Positions 10,592-21,117 of a stretch of DNA of 60,641 bases are shown here, in pieces. The notes below the pieces were generated by a model. That model searched no databases. It was not told where the DNA came from and worked only from the letters and a program-made list of their open reading frames with translations. The position numbers and the translations under genes are program-made. The stretch is from NCBI GenBank assembly GCA_013215985.1, contig JABSOL010000003.1, positions 1-60,641 on the forward strand, read 5' to 3'. Each line of letters opens with the position of its first letter. Within the stretch, counting starts at the first letter, position 1. The stretch is from Campylobacteraceae bacterium (GTDB lineage: Bacteria; Campylobacterota; Campylobacteria; Campylobacterales; Arcobacteraceae).

Positions 10592-10918
10592 ATGAATAAA
10601 AAAATTGATAAACAAAGAGATATATGTCCAGTTGAAACTGCAATAGAAGTATTAGCAGGGAAGTGGAAAATATTGATTTTATGGTATTTAAGAGCTGAGA
10701 AAAAAAGATTTAATGAATTAGAAAAACTATTACCTAATACTACTCAAAAAATGTTAATTCAAAAACTAAGGGAATTAGAAAAAGATGGAATCGTACATAG
10801 AGAAGTTTATGCCGTTGTTCCTCCAAAAGTTGAATACTCTTTAACTACTTATGGACAAAGCCTAAAACCTATTTTAAAATCACTTTATTTATGGGGTGAA
10901 ATACATAAGAATAAATAG
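10592..10918 (+). CDS. HxlR-family transcriptional regulator (second copy)
   Basis: [16 protein letters not shown]-terminus with the conserved sensing-type Cys. Divergent from the quinone oxidoreductase gene. Confidence 0.85.
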   Translation: MNKKIDKQRDICPVETAIEVLAGKWKILILWYLRAEKKRFNELEKLLPNTTQKMLIQKLRELEKDGIVHREVYAVVPPKVEYSLTTYGQSLKPILKSLYLWGEIHKNK

Positions 10919-11116
10919 TTATTTATTCTTTAATGTACAATTATCAAGTGGAAAAAAGATATCTTTTATTATCAAAGCAAAAGAAATAAAATATAGAATA
11001 TTTAATATTATATCATTTGGATAATCTAAGTAAAGATATAAAATAGGTAAAAATATTACTAAAGGATATTTAATAAAATAAAAGAAAAAAATCATTGTTC
11101 CATATAATTTATTCAT
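10919..11116 (-). CDS. Small hydrophobic hypothetical protein (65 aa)
   Basis: Two predicted TM helices, same strand as and 15 nt downstream of the MORN-repeat gene. No recognisable family. Confidence 0.35.
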   Translation of the reverse strand: MNKLYGTMIFFFYFIKYPLVIFLPILYLYLDYPNDIILNILYFISFALIIKDIFFPLDNCTLKNK

Positions 11117-11131
11117 ATTTAGCCTTGTTTT

Positions 11132-11602
11132 TTAATCTTGAAGTTTTCCATATCTATAAAATTTTGTTTTATATATTTTTCCAGCTTCTTCATATATCGT
11201 TTCAACTCCATGTTTTTTTCCATTTAGATAATATGTTTTTACCATTAACGAACCATTTGAATAATACTCTTTTTGGATACCATCTTTTTTGTTTTTTAAA
11301 TAAGTAATTGAGAGTTTAGTTTTCCCATTTTTATAATATATTTTTCTTACTTTATGATTTGAAGATATTTTTTTATCATCTTTATCTAGTTTGATAAAGT
11401 TATTACCTAGTTCTTTACTTAGAAGTTTTTTTGGGTTTTGAAGACCTTGTATCAACTCTAATACATTAATATCACTAGCTTTAAATGTTTTTTTATTTTT
11501 TTTATCTTCAATATCTATCATATCATTTGAATCTAGTTTTATCCAGTTCTTATCTGCATTTAAAGATATAAATAAAAATATAATTATAGTTAAGTATTTC
11601 AT
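11132..11602 (-). CDS. Secreted MORN-variant repeat (YwqK-like) protein
   Basis: Signal peptide (MKYLTIIIFLFISLNA) and repeated YYxNGK..G motifs (YYKNGKTK, YYSNGSL, YYLNGKKHG). Confidence 0.65.
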   Translation of the reverse strand: MKYLTIIIFLFISLNADKNWIKLDSNDMIDIEDKKNKKTFKASDINVLELIQGLQNPKKLLSKELGNNFIKLDKDDKKISSNHKVRKIYYKNGKTKLSITYLKNKKDGIQKEYYSNGSLMVKTYYLNGKKHGVETIYEEAGKIYKTKFYRYGKLQD

Positions 11603-11609
11603 TTTTCTC

Positions 11610-13193
11610 CTATTTTGAGGCTTGTATTAATTCTTTTGTATAAGAATGAATTGGATTTGAAAATAATTCTTTAACATAATTATTTTCAACAATTTTTCCT
11701 TCTTTCATAACCGCAACTCTATTGCATATGCTTTGTATTACTTCTAAATCATGTGAAATAAATATATATGTTAAATTATACTTCTTTTGTAAAGATTTTA
11801 AAAGTTCTAATAATTGAAACTGTACCTGTCTATCTAAAGCAGAAGTAGGTTCATCTAAAATCAATAATTTTGGTTCTAAAATTAAAGCCCTTGCTACAGC
11901 TATTCTTTGTCGCTGTCCTCCGGAGAATTCATGAGGATACTTATTTAATGAATCAATAGGCATAGAAACTTCATTTAATATATTAATTACTTTTAAGACT
12001 TTTTCTTCTTCATGTAAAGAAGTATGGATATCTAAACCTTCTTTTATTATTTCATAAACAGACATTCTTGGATTTAGTGAATTAAAAGGATCTTGGAATA
12101 CTATTTGCATAGAAGATCTTAATTCTCTTAATTCTTTTTTATTAATACTATTTATATCTTTCTCAAAATATATAATTTCACCTTCAGATTTTTCTAATTT
12201 TAAAATAGCTTGAGCTAAAGTAGATTTTCCACTTCCACTCTCACCTATTATTCCAAAACTCTGCCCTTCATAAAGTGTAAAACTTATATCATTTACAGCT
12301 ATGAAATTATCTACAACTCTTTTAAATATTCCTTTTGTAATTGGAAATTTAACGATTAAGTTTTTAATTTCTAAAATAGTATTTTTATTCTTTTCATTAA
12401 ATTCATTTGATGATTTTATATTTTTTAAAAGCATTTGAGTATATTCTTTTTTAGGGTTTGAGAATAATTCATTTTTTTCATTATGTTCTACAATTTCACC
12501 TTCGTTTATTACATAAATATAATCACAGAACTGTTTTACTACTTTTAAGTCATGAGTAATTAATAAAATAGACATTTTATACTCTAACTTTAGTTTCTCT
12601 AAAAGTTTTAGTATTTGAAACTGTATTGTTAAATCTAAAGCAGTTGTAGGCTCGTCTGCTATTAAAAGTTTTGGTTTATTAGCAATTGCCATAGCAATTA
12701 CTACTCTTTGTCTCTGTCCACCGCTAAGTTCGTGTGGATAAGCATTTGCTATTTTTTCTAGTGAACCATATTTATCTAGTTCTACTTTATGTAATAAATC
12801 GAATACTTGTTTTTTTATCTCCTTGTCTGAAATTAAATTGTGAGCATAAATAATCTCAGCTATTTGTTTCTCAATTTTATGCAAAGGATTTAATGCGCTC
12901 ATAGGTTCTTGAAAAATCATAGAAATTTCATTACCTCTTAAATGTTGTAAATCTTTTTTTGAATAATTCAGTATGTTTTTATCATTAAAATATATTTCAC
13001 CTTCAAGTGAAAAATTAGCACCTCTTGGAAGTAGATTTAAAATACTATGAGCTAACATAGATTTTCCACTTCCACTTTGACCTACAAGAGCCAGAGTTTG
13101 AGACTCTTTTATCTCTATATCAATATCTTTTAAAATAGATATTTTATTATTTATTTTAATATTTAAGTTTTTAATTTCTAGTATAGTTTTCAT
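11610..13193 (-). CDS. yejF: ABC transporter ATP-binding protein with duplicated ATPase domains (YejF-like)
   Basis: Two Walker A sites (GQSGSGKS, GESGSGKS), two LSGGQRQR signatures; 527 aa. Confidence 0.85.
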   Translation of the reverse strand: MKTILEIKNLNIKINNKISILKDIDIEIKESQTLALVGQSGSGKSMLAHSILNLLPRGANFSLEGEIYFNDKNILNYSKKDLQHLRGNEISMIFQEPMSALNPLHKIEKQIAEIIYAHNLISDKEIKKQVFDLLHKVELDKYGSLEKIANAYPHELSGGQRQRVVIAMAIANKPKLLIADEPTTALDLTIQFQILKLLEKLKLEYKMSILLITHDLKVVKQFCDYIYVINEGEIVEHNEKNELFSNPKKEYTQMLLKNIKSSNEFNEKNKNTILEIKNLIVKFPITKGIFKRVVDNFIAVNDISFTLYEGQSFGIIGESGSGKSTLAQAILKLEKSEGEIIYFEKDINSINKKELRELRSSMQIVFQDPFNSLNPRMSVYEIIKEGLDIHTSLHEEEKVLKVINILNEVSMPIDSLNKYPHEFSGGQRQRIAVARALILEPKLLILDEPTSALDRQVQFQLLELLKSLQKKYNLTYIFISHDLEVIQSICNRVAVMKEGKIVENNYVKELFSNPIHSYTKELIQASK

Positions 13194-14213
13194 TTAATTT
13201 TCCTGTACTCGTGGGTCCATAGCATCTCTAAATCCCTCACCTATAAATACTAATAAAGATAATAATAATGATAAAATAAAGAAAGCAGATAATCCTAACC
13301 AAGGAGCTTGTAAATTCGCTTTTCCTTGAGCTAAAAGTTCACCTAAACTAGGACTTCCAGCAGGTAATCCAAAACCTAAAAAGTCTAAAGAAGTAAGTGT
13401 TGTAATACTTCCTGATAAAATAAAAGGCATAAATGTTACCGTTGCAATTAAAGCATTTGGTAAAATATGTTTTTTCATAATATTAAAATCACTTTGTCCT
13501 AAAGCCCTTGCTGCTTTTACATATTCAAAGTTTCTAGCTCTTAAAAATTCTGCACGAACTACTCCAACTAAAGCAGTCCAAGAAAATAGTAATAATAGAC
13601 CTAATAACCACCAAAAAGATGGTTCTACATAATTAGCTAAAATCATTAAAAGATATAAAGTAGGAAGTCCTGACCAAATTTCAATAAATCTCTGAGCAAA
13701 TAAATCTATATATCCTCCATAATATCCTTGTATTGCACCTGCTGCTACTCCAATTATTGAAGAAAAGATAGTCAATATAAGTCCAAATAATATAGATATT
13801 CTAAAACCATAAATGATTCTAGCCATTACATCTCTACCTTGGTCATCAGTTCCAAGAAGGTTATTTAGACTTGGAGTTGATGGAAAAGCTTCTTCAGAGT
13901 CTAATTTAACAGTATGATACGAATATCTAATTAGTGGCCAAATCATATATCCATTCTTATTAATAAGTTCTTGCACATATTCATCTCTATAATCAGCTTC
14001 GGATTCAAAGTCTCCACCAAAAGTAGTTTCTGCATAAGAATTAAAAACAGGCATATAGATTTCATTTTTATATTTTAAAAATATAGGTTTATCATTTGCA
14101 ATGAATTCCGCACCAAGTGTGATTATAAATAGAAAAGAAAATATCCATAATGAATAATAAGCTCTTTTATTGTTTTTAAATATATTGATTCTTTTTTCTA
14201 ATATTTTATTCAT
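13194..14213 (-). CDS. yejE: ABC transporter permease (YejE-like)
   Basis: Multi-TM BPD-transport permease, contiguous with the yejF-like gene. Confidence 0.8.
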   Translation of the reverse strand: MNKILEKRINIFKNNKRAYYSLWIFSFLFIITLGAEFIANDKPIFLKYKNEIYMPVFNSYAETTFGGDFESEADYRDEYVQELINKNGYMIWPLIRYSYHTVKLDSEEAFPSTPSLNNLLGTDDQGRDVMARIIYGFRISILFGLILTIFSSIIGVAAGAIQGYYGGYIDLFAQRFIEIWSGLPTLYLLMILANYVEPSFWWLLGLLLLFSWTALVGVVRAEFLRARNFEYVKAARALGQSDFNIMKKHILPNALIATVTFMPFILSGSITTLTSLDFLGFGLPAGSPSLGELLAQGKANLQAPWLGLSAFFILSLLLSLLVFIGEGFRDAMDPRVQEN

Positions 14214-15289
14214 TAGTTCTTCTCAAAATTTATTCTTGGATCTACAAAAGTATAAACTAAATCTGATAGTAGTGATACTAGTAATCCCATTAAAGTAAAG
14301 ATATATAAAGTAGCAAACATTACTGGATAGTCCCTATATAAAGCAGCTTCAAAACCCAATAGTCCTATTCCATCAAGTGAAAATATAATCTCTATCAAGA
14401 GTGATCCTGTAAAGAACATAGATATAAATGCAGCTGGAAAACCAGAAATTATAATTAACATGGCATTTCTAAATACATGTTTATATAAAACTATATTCTC
14501 GCTCAAACCCTTAGCTTTTGCAGTTAAAACATATTGTTTTCCAATTTCATCTAAAAAAGAATTTTTAGTTAACATAGTTAAAGTTGCAAATCCACCTATT
14601 ACCATAGCAGTTATAGGAAGTGCCATATGCCAAAAATAATCTCTTATTTTTTCAAAAATAGATAAAGAATCAAAGTTATCACTTACAATTCCTTTTAAAG
14701 GGAAAAGGTCTAAATAATTCCCTCCAGCAAAAATAATTATTAATAAAATAGCAAATAAAAAGCCTGGAATTGCTGATCCTAAGATTATAATTGTTGAAGA
14801 ATATATATCAAATTTACTTCCATGATTTAAAGCTTTTTTTATTCCTAAAGGAATAGATATAAAATATATTATTAATGTAGACCATATTCCTAAAGAGATA
14901 GAGACTGGTAGTTTATCTTTAACTAAATCTATAACACTTGAGTTTTTAAAAAAACTGTCTCCAAAATCAAAGAAAAAATAGCTTTTTAACATAAAAAAAT
15001 ATCGCTCAATTATTGGTTTATCAAAACCATATAGTTCTTCAATATCTTTAATTAAATCAGGATCTAAACCTTTTGATCCTTGATAATTGTTTGATGATTG
15101 AGTTGATACTTCTGAGTCACCTCCTCCTGTAATTCTATTAAGCGCTGTATCTTTTTCACCTTGAATTTGAAGTATCATTTTCTCAACTGGCCCACCTGGA
15201 CTTGTTTGAACAATAAAAAAATTAATAGTCATAATTCCTATAAGAGTTGGAATTATAAATAATAGTCTTCTTAAAATATATGAAGACAT
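14213..15289 (-). CDS. yejB: ABC transporter permease (YejB-like)
   Basis: Opp/Dpp-type permease architecture. Start/stop overlaps with its neighbours. Confidence 0.8.
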   Translation of the reverse strand: MSSYILRRLLFIIPTLIGIMTINFFIVQTSPGGPVEKMILQIQGEKDTALNRITGGGDSEVSTQSSNNYQGSKGLDPDLIKDIEELYGFDKPIIERYFFMLKSYFFFDFGDSFFKNSSVIDLVKDKLPVSISLGIWSTLIIYFISIPLGIKKALNHGSKFDIYSSTIIILGSAIPGFLFAILLIIIFAGGNYLDLFPLKGIVSDNFDSLSIFEKIRDYFWHMALPITAMVIGGFATLTMLTKNSFLDEIGKQYVLTAKAKGLSENIVLYKHVFRNAMLIIISGFPAAFISMFFTGSLLIEIIFSLDGIGLLGFEAALYRDYPVMFATLYIFTLMGLLVSLLSDLVYTFVDPRINFEKN

Positions 15290-17073
15290 TAGTTCATATC
15301 ATTTTCTAAATATTCATCTTTAAAAAACCAAGTAAACATGCCTATGTCATATTTGGCTTGAACTTTTGGTTGTACAAACTTATTCCAATAAGCAATTCTA
15401 TATGATGCATTATACCACTGAGGAATTAGATAATAATTGTTTAACATTACTCTATCTAGGGCTTTTACAGCTGTTATTAAATCTGCTCTATTATGAGCAA
15501 TTACAATTTCATTTATTAAAATATCAACAGCTTTATTTTTAATCCCTAAGTGATTTCTGCTTCCAATAATATCTGCACTTTTTTCTCCCCAGAAAGAATA
15601 TAACTCATTTCCTGGTGACAAAGATACAGGGAAAGAAGAAACAATCATGTCGTAATTAAAGTTTTTTACTCTATTTGTATACGATACTGCATCTAAAACT
15701 TTTAGTTTAACGATAATTCCTATTTTTTTAAGGTTTTTAATAAAAGGCTGAACAACTCTTTCAAATGCGGGTTGATATAAAATTATTTCAAATTCAAATT
15801 TTTTACCATTTTTCACTAAAACTTTATTCTCAAATTTCCAACCATCTTTTTTTAATATTTTTAAAGCATATCTTAGTTGTATTCTAATATTTCCTTTTCC
15901 ATTAGTAACATTGTTTTTAAACTTTTTTGTAAATACAGAAACTGGAATTAAATCTTTTAAAGGATTTAATAGTTTTAATTCATCTTTTGAAGGAAGTCCA
16001 GATGATTTTAATTCACTATTCTCAAAATATGAATTTGATCTTTTATATTGTGAATAAAATAATTTTTTATTTGTCCACTCAAAATCAAAAGCTAAGTTTA
16101 TAGCTTTTCTAGTTTCAAGTGAAGAAAACAAAGGATTTCTTAAATTAAAAACAAAAGCTTGCATACCTTGAGCATTTTTGTGTACTCTATTTTCTTTAAT
16201 TATGTTTCCATTTTTAAAATTTTTACCCTTATACATAGTTGCCCAAGTTTTTGAAGTATATTCTTGTCTAAAATCAAATTCACCACTTTTAAAAGCTTCT
16301 AGCGTTACTGTTTGATCTTTATAATAATCGTATTTAATTTTATTGAAATTATATGATCCTACATTTACATTTAAATCTTTTGCCCAATAGTTTTTATTTC
16401 TTTTAAACTGTATATATTTACCAAACTCATATTTGTCAATAATATAAGGACCTGAGCCTATAGCTTTTAGATTTGATGATTTTTTAAAGTCTATATTTTT
16501 ATAAAAATGCTCTGGTAAAATACTCAAAGATACTAAAATTAGGGCTAATTCTTTATTTTTATTTGTTTTAAAATTAAATTTAACAGTTAGATCATTTATA
16601 ACTTCAACATCTTTAACATCAGAATAATATTGTTTATAAACAGGTGAAGCTTTTGAAACTAAAGTATCAAAAGTAAATTTAACATCACTAGCTTTAACTT
16701 GAACTCCATCAGAGAACTTAGCATTTGGATTTAGATAGAATTTAACCCAAAAATTGTTTGGGGCAACTTCGATATTTTGAGCAAGAAGTGGATAATAAAC
16801 AGAAGATTCATCTAATGATCTTTGCATCAAAGAATCATAAATAAGCCCTATTCCATTAGCTGCAATTCCTTTTAAAATAAAAGGATTTAAAGAATCATAA
16901 GTTCCACGTGCAGATAATTTAAATATTCCACCTTTTTTTGCATCTTTGTTAACATATTTAAAATGTTTGAAATCTTGTTTATATTTTGGAATCTCAGCTA
17001 AAGAGATAACATAATCTTTTTGTGCATAAAGATTAAAAGATAATAATAGTATTAAAAGTATTTTAGTTTTCAT
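15289..17073 (-). CDS. yejA: Extracellular solute-binding protein, family 5 (YejA-like)
   Basis: 594 aa with a signal peptide and SBP_bac_5-like length. First gene of the four-gene ABC operon. Confidence 0.8.
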   Translation of the reverse strand: MKTKILLILLLSFNLYAQKDYVISLAEIPKYKQDFKHFKYVNKDAKKGGIFKLSARGTYDSLNPFILKGIAANGIGLIYDSLMQRSLDESSVYYPLLAQNIEVAPNNFWVKFYLNPNAKFSDGVQVKASDVKFTFDTLVSKASPVYKQYYSDVKDVEVINDLTVKFNFKTNKNKELALILVSLSILPEHFYKNIDFKKSSNLKAIGSGPYIIDKYEFGKYIQFKRNKNYWAKDLNVNVGSYNFNKIKYDYYKDQTVTLEAFKSGEFDFRQEYTSKTWATMYKGKNFKNGNIIKENRVHKNAQGMQAFVFNLRNPLFSSLETRKAINLAFDFEWTNKKLFYSQYKRSNSYFENSELKSSGLPSKDELKLLNPLKDLIPVSVFTKKFKNNVTNGKGNIRIQLRYALKILKKDGWKFENKVLVKNGKKFEFEIILYQPAFERVVQPFIKNLKKIGIIVKLKVLDAVSYTNRVKNFNYDMIVSSFPVSLSPGNELYSFWGEKSADIIGSRNHLGIKNKAVDILINEIVIAHNRADLITAVKALDRVMLNNYYLIPQWYNASYRIAYWNKFVQPKVQAKYDIGMFTWFFKDEYLENDMN

Positions 17074-17125
17074 ATTAAGCCTTTAAAAAAATAAATATAT
17101 ATTTAATTATTTTATCTAAAGTAGA

Positions 17126-17827
17126 TTAATGCTTAGTAAAAGGATTTAATTTGTTTATAAGTGTAAAGTATATTATTTTAGATAAACCTGCTGTTGAAAG
17201 TAACATAATCATAATCATAATTTGATATCGTACTGCTATTAGAGGATCAATTCCAGATAATATTTGTCCAGTCATCATACCAGGTAGTGAGACTAAACCA
17301 ACGGCAAGAAGTGAGTTGATTTGAGGTATCATAGAGGCTTTAAATGAAGATTCTCTAGCTTTGATGAACGATGAAGTTTGAATCTCTTTCTCAAATCTCT
17401 CAATACATATAGAAATAGAGTTCATAGTATTTGCAAATATCATTCCAGCTATTGGAATAATTATACTTGGTTCATATGATTTTAATTCTAATACAAAATA
17501 AAGAACTAATATAAGATTTATTAGTGATGAAAAAAAAGATGAAAAAAGTATTATTGAGTAGTGTTTATAAGATTTGTCTTTTGTATTTCTCATTATTATT
17601 ATACTTGAGACCAAAAGCATAAATAAAAGTATTCCAAGGCCTAAAACATAGTTTTTATTTTCAAATATATATACAAGAAAATAACCAATTATAAGTAGTT
17701 GGCTTATCATTCTAAAAGTAGAATAAAGAATTTCACTTTTATTTCCTGTATATTTATAATAAAAATATCCTACTATTATTAAAGGTAATAATGAATAAGA
17801 TAAGTTTATTAAAGATATGTTTTGCAC
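17126..17827 (-). CDS. UPF0014/FetB-like ABC-type permease
   Basis: 233 aa multi-TM protein with the C-terminal GMMTGQILSGIDPLIAVRYQIMIM segment characteristic of the YbbM/FetB family (recalled from memory). Confidence 0.6.
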   Translation of the reverse strand: MQNISLINLSYSLLPLIIVGYFYYKYTGNKSEILYSTFRMISQLLIIGYFLVYIFENKNYVLGLGILLFMLLVSSIIIMRNTKDKSYKHYSIILFSSFFSSLINLILVLYFVLELKSYEPSIIIPIAGMIFANTMNSISICIERFEKEIQTSSFIKARESSFKASMIPQINSLLAVGLVSLPGMMTGQILSGIDPLIAVRYQIMIMIMLLSTAGLSKIIYFTLINKLNPFTKH

Positions 17828-17828
17828 A

Positions 17829-18731
17829 TTAATCGCTTAAAAGATCTTTTAGACTCTCTTTAGGGTTTTTACCCTCAAGTACTAATTTAACTTCATTAGC
17901 AATAGGAGTATATATATCTTTTTCATTTGATATTTTATAAATTGCCTGAGCTGTTTTAACACCTTCTGCAACTTCTCCTAGTTCTTCAAGAATTTGTTTT
18001 AAACCTTTATTTTGAGCAAGTCCTAAACCTACTCTAAAGTTTCTACTCATAGTTGAAGTAGCTGTTAAGAATAAATCTCCTGCTCCACTAAGACCCATAA
18101 ATGTTTCATCTTTAGCGCCAAAAGTTTTACCAAATCTTGCCATTTCTACAAGACCTCTTGAAATAAGTGAAGCTCTTGCATTATTTCCTAATCCTAAACC
18201 TTCACAAACACCAGCGGCAATTGCAATTACATTTTTATATGCACCTGTTATTTCAGCACCTATAACATCAGAAGAATAATATGTTTTTATAAATCCTGGA
18301 AAAAACTCTGAGAATTCATTATATAAATCTTTATTGATTGTATTTAGAACTAAAGCAGTAGGAAGTCCTTTTACAACTTCAGATGCAAATGATGGTCCTG
18401 AGATATATCCAATATTTGATTCTGGTACAAATTCATTATAAATATCATTTAAAAATTTACCAGTACTAGCTTCGATGCCTTTTGAGGCAACTAGAATCTT
18501 TTGATTTTTAAAAACAAAATTGTCTCTTAACCATTGATGAATTTCTTGAGCTGGAATTGCTATTATTAAATAATCACAAGATAAGGCTTTTTCTAAATTA
18601 CAAAAGTTTTTAATATTTCTTGGGCTTCTTGATGTTATGAATACTTCATTTTCAACTGACAAGGCATAATGAAGGGCTTGACCCCATTTACCTGCTCCAA
18701 TTACAGCAATTGTTGCTTTGTTATTTGTCAT
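17829..18731 (-). CDS. gpsA: NAD(P)H-dependent glycerol-3-phosphate dehydrogenase
   Basis: IAVIGAGKWGQAL dinucleotide fold; GpsA-like length and C-terminal domain. Confidence 0.9.
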   Translation of the reverse strand: MTNNKATIAVIGAGKWGQALHYALSVENEVFITSRSPRNIKNFCNLEKALSCDYLIIAIPAQEIHQWLRDNFVFKNQKILVASKGIEASTGKFLNDIYNEFVPESNIGYISGPSFASEVVKGLPTALVLNTINKDLYNEFSEFFPGFIKTYYSSDVIGAEITGAYKNVIAIAAGVCEGLGLGNNARASLISRGLVEMARFGKTFGAKDETFMGLSGAGDLFLTATSTMSRNFRVGLGLAQNKGLKQILEELGEVAEGVKTAQAIYKISNEKDIYTPIANEVKLVLEGKNPKESLKDLLSD

Positions 18732-18745
18732 AGTATTCCTTAGTT

Positions 18746-18765
18746 TAGAACCCTTTCGGGTTCTA
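18746..18765 (-). terminator. Intercistronic GC-containing hairpin between gatB and gpsA
   Basis: TAGAACCC-TTTC-GGGTTCTA, a perfect 8-bp stem (GAAA tetraloop on the minus-strand RNA). There is no clear U-tract, so it may be a stabiliser or attenuator rather than a full terminator. Confidence 0.45.
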
Positions 18766-18770
18766 TATTT

Positions 18771-20195
18771 TTAAGATAGTCTTTGTTTTAATAGTTCATT
18801 TACTTTAGCCGGGTTTGCGCTTCCTTTAGAAGCTTTCATTGTTTGACCAACGAAGAAACCAAATAATTTATCTTTACCAGCTTTATATTGTTCTACTTTA
18901 TCAGTATTTGCAGATAGAATTACATCAATAATTTCTAAAATAGCTCCATCATCAGACACTTGTACCAAACCTAGTTTGTCAATAGCAGATTCAACTTCTA
19001 CATCATTTTCCATTAAATAATCAAGAACTTCTTTTGCAGCTTTTCCTGAAATTGTTCCATCTTCAATGTTTTTAACAATTGTAGCTAGTTTAATTGCTTG
19101 AACTGGAGAAGTAATAATAGTAATACCATCTTTTAGTCTTGCAGGTAATTCAACTGATAACCAAGTAATTGCATTTTTAGCTTTAATATCTAAAGTCATC
19201 ATTTCTTCAAAAAATTTAGCCATTTCCAGAGTTGAAGTAATTACAGAAGCATCATATTCTTTCATTCCATAATCTTTAACATATCTAGCTTTTTTCTCAT
19301 CTGGAAGTTCAGGAATTACAGAGAACTCAGCTAACATTTCATCAGAAATAATTAAAGGTAAAAGATCAGGATCCGGGAAGTATCTGTAATCAGCAGCATC
19401 TTCTTTTCCTCTCATAGATCTAGTTTCATTCTTATCTACATCATAAAGTCTTGTTTCTTGTACAATTACTTCTGAATGAACTCCATCTTCCCAAGCTTCA
19501 ATATGTCTATTTACTTCATATTTAATTGCTTTTTCAATATTTTTGAATGAGTTCATATTTTTTATTTCACATCTAGTATAAAGTTTTGTTTCACCATGTG
19601 GTCTTATAGAAATATTTACATCACATCTAAAAGATCCCTCTTGCATATTAGCATCAGAGATTCCTAAGTATCGTACAATTGAATGCATTTTTTTAAGATA
19701 TAAAATTACTTCTTCACTTGATCTCATATCAGGTTCAGATACAATTTCTAAAAGAGGTGTTCCTGCTCTATTTAAATCAACTTTAGATTCACTATGTTCA
19801 TGAATACTCTTTCCTGCATCATTTTCTAAGTGAGCACGTGTAACTCCAATAGTTTTACTTGTTCCATCAGGGAAATCAATTACTAATTCACCTAAATCAA
19901 CAACAGGTACTTCAAATTGAGAAATTTGGTAACCTGATGGTAAATCTGGATAAAAGTAATTTTTTCTATTGAATACAGATGTTTGGTTTACAGGTGCATT
20001 TAATGCTTTTGCTAATTGAATAGCTTTTTGTACAGCTACTTTATTTATTACAGGAAGTGCTCCTGGTAATCCTAAACATGTTGGACATACATTAGTATTT
20101 GCTTTTGCTCCAAAACTTGTTGCACAAGAACAAAATAGTTTTGTATTTGTGTTTAATTGAACGTGAACTTCTAGTCCTATTACTACTTCAAACAT
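18771..20195 (-). CDS. gatB: Asp-tRNA(Asn)/Glu-tRNA(Gln) amidotransferase subunit B
   Basis: N-terminus [20 protein letters not shown]; 474 aa; GatB/YqeY C-terminal domain. Confidence 0.95.
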   Translation of the reverse strand: MFEVVIGLEVHVQLNTNTKLFCSCATSFGAKANTNVCPTCLGLPGALPVINKVAVQKAIQLAKALNAPVNQTSVFNRKNYFYPDLPSGYQISQFEVPVVDLGELVIDFPDGTSKTIGVTRAHLENDAGKSIHEHSESKVDLNRAGTPLLEIVSEPDMRSSEEVILYLKKMHSIVRYLGISDANMQEGSFRCDVNISIRPHGETKLYTRCEIKNMNSFKNIEKAIKYEVNRHIEAWEDGVHSEVIVQETRLYDVDKNETRSMRGKEDAADYRYFPDPDLLPLIISDEMLAEFSVIPELPDEKKARYVKDYGMKEYDASVITSTLEMAKFFEEMMTLDIKAKNAITWLSVELPARLKDGITIITSPVQAIKLATIVKNIEDGTISGKAAKEVLDYLMENDVEVESAIDKLGLVQVSDDGAILEIIDVILSANTDKVEQYKAGKDKLFGFFVGQTMKASKGSANPAKVNELLKQRLS

Positions 20196-20205
20196 TTATT
20201 TCCTT

Positions 20206-21030
20206 TTATCTTATTATTTCTATATTAGCTGATAGTTTTTTCTTTTTGAAATATTCATTTAAGAACTTATGCTCTCTATCTTTCATTATATTTCTGAAAA
20301 TTATATTTTTTGATGATTCAAAACTTTGAACAGTATGTCCAATTTTCTTTTTAATAAATAACATTACATAATGTTTATTTGAAGTGAAAATTGCAGTAAA
20401 CTTACCTTCTTGCGTTTCATTTAAAATATATTTAAGTTGAGAACTTAGTTTATTATTTTCTAAAGTGGAATCAACTATATTTAAACTTTTTATTATAATC
20501 ATTGGATTATTTTTAATTTGAATTAAATCTTTTTTATTTTTACTTGCATATTGTCTAACATTAGTTGAAACAGAAGTTTGAAACATATTTTTATTATTTT
20601 CATAATATATTTTCATATCTTCATCATTTGCAATATTCAAATTACCTCTTAATAAAACCTGAGTTAATTTTTGATTTAATATCTTTTGTTTAATTTCTTC
20701 ATCAAAAACTGTAGAGTCTGGGTATTTTTGTTTAATTAATGATTTGAACGCATACAAATCCATACCATTTAAAGAAGCAAGTTTTTCTAAATAATCATTA
20801 ACATCAAAAATATCAAGGCTTATGTTATTCTTTTCTAATTCTTCTTCAAAAAGAAGTTTATCAACTAAAAAAGATACTGCTTTTTCTTTTGAAATATTTT
20901 TATTTTGCATAGTTACATCAATATCATAAAGTGAAATCATTTTATCATTAACTTTAATTGCAAGTGCATTAATTAATCCAGCATATGAAAAAACGCTTAG
21001 GAAAATTAGGTTTAGAAAGATTTTATTCAT
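20206..21030 (-). CDS. Periplasmic SurA-N-domain-like chaperone (no evident PPIase domain)
   Basis: Signal peptide; 274 aa Lys/Asn-rich protein resembling the SurA-like chaperones of Campylobacterota. Confidence 0.5.
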   Translation of the reverse strand: MNKIFLNLIFLSVFSYAGLINALAIKVNDKMISLYDIDVTMQNKNISKEKAVSFLVDKLLFEEELEKNNISLDIFDVNDYLEKLASLNGMDLYAFKSLIKQKYPDSTVFDEEIKQKILNQKLTQVLLRGNLNIANDEDMKIYYENNKNMFQTSVSTNVRQYASKNKKDLIQIKNNPMIIIKSLNIVDSTLENNKLSSQLKYILNETQEGKFTAIFTSNKHYVMLFIKKKIGHTVQSFESSKNIIFRNIMKDREHKFLNEYFKKKKLSANIEIIR

Positions 21031-21084
21031 TAATATCCTTTTTTAAAGATATTATAATAGCTAAATTAAGGTAAAAAACTTGTT

Positions 21085-21117
21085 AAATGTACCTCTCTAT
21101 TTAGAGATGGTACATTT
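21085..21117 (-). terminator. Hairpin overlapping the 3' end of the Dld-like gene
   Basis: AAATGTACCTCTCTA / TAGAGA(T)GGTACATTT, about a 15-bp stem with one bulge. A U-run lies a few nt downstream on the minus-strand RNA. Confidence 0.55.
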
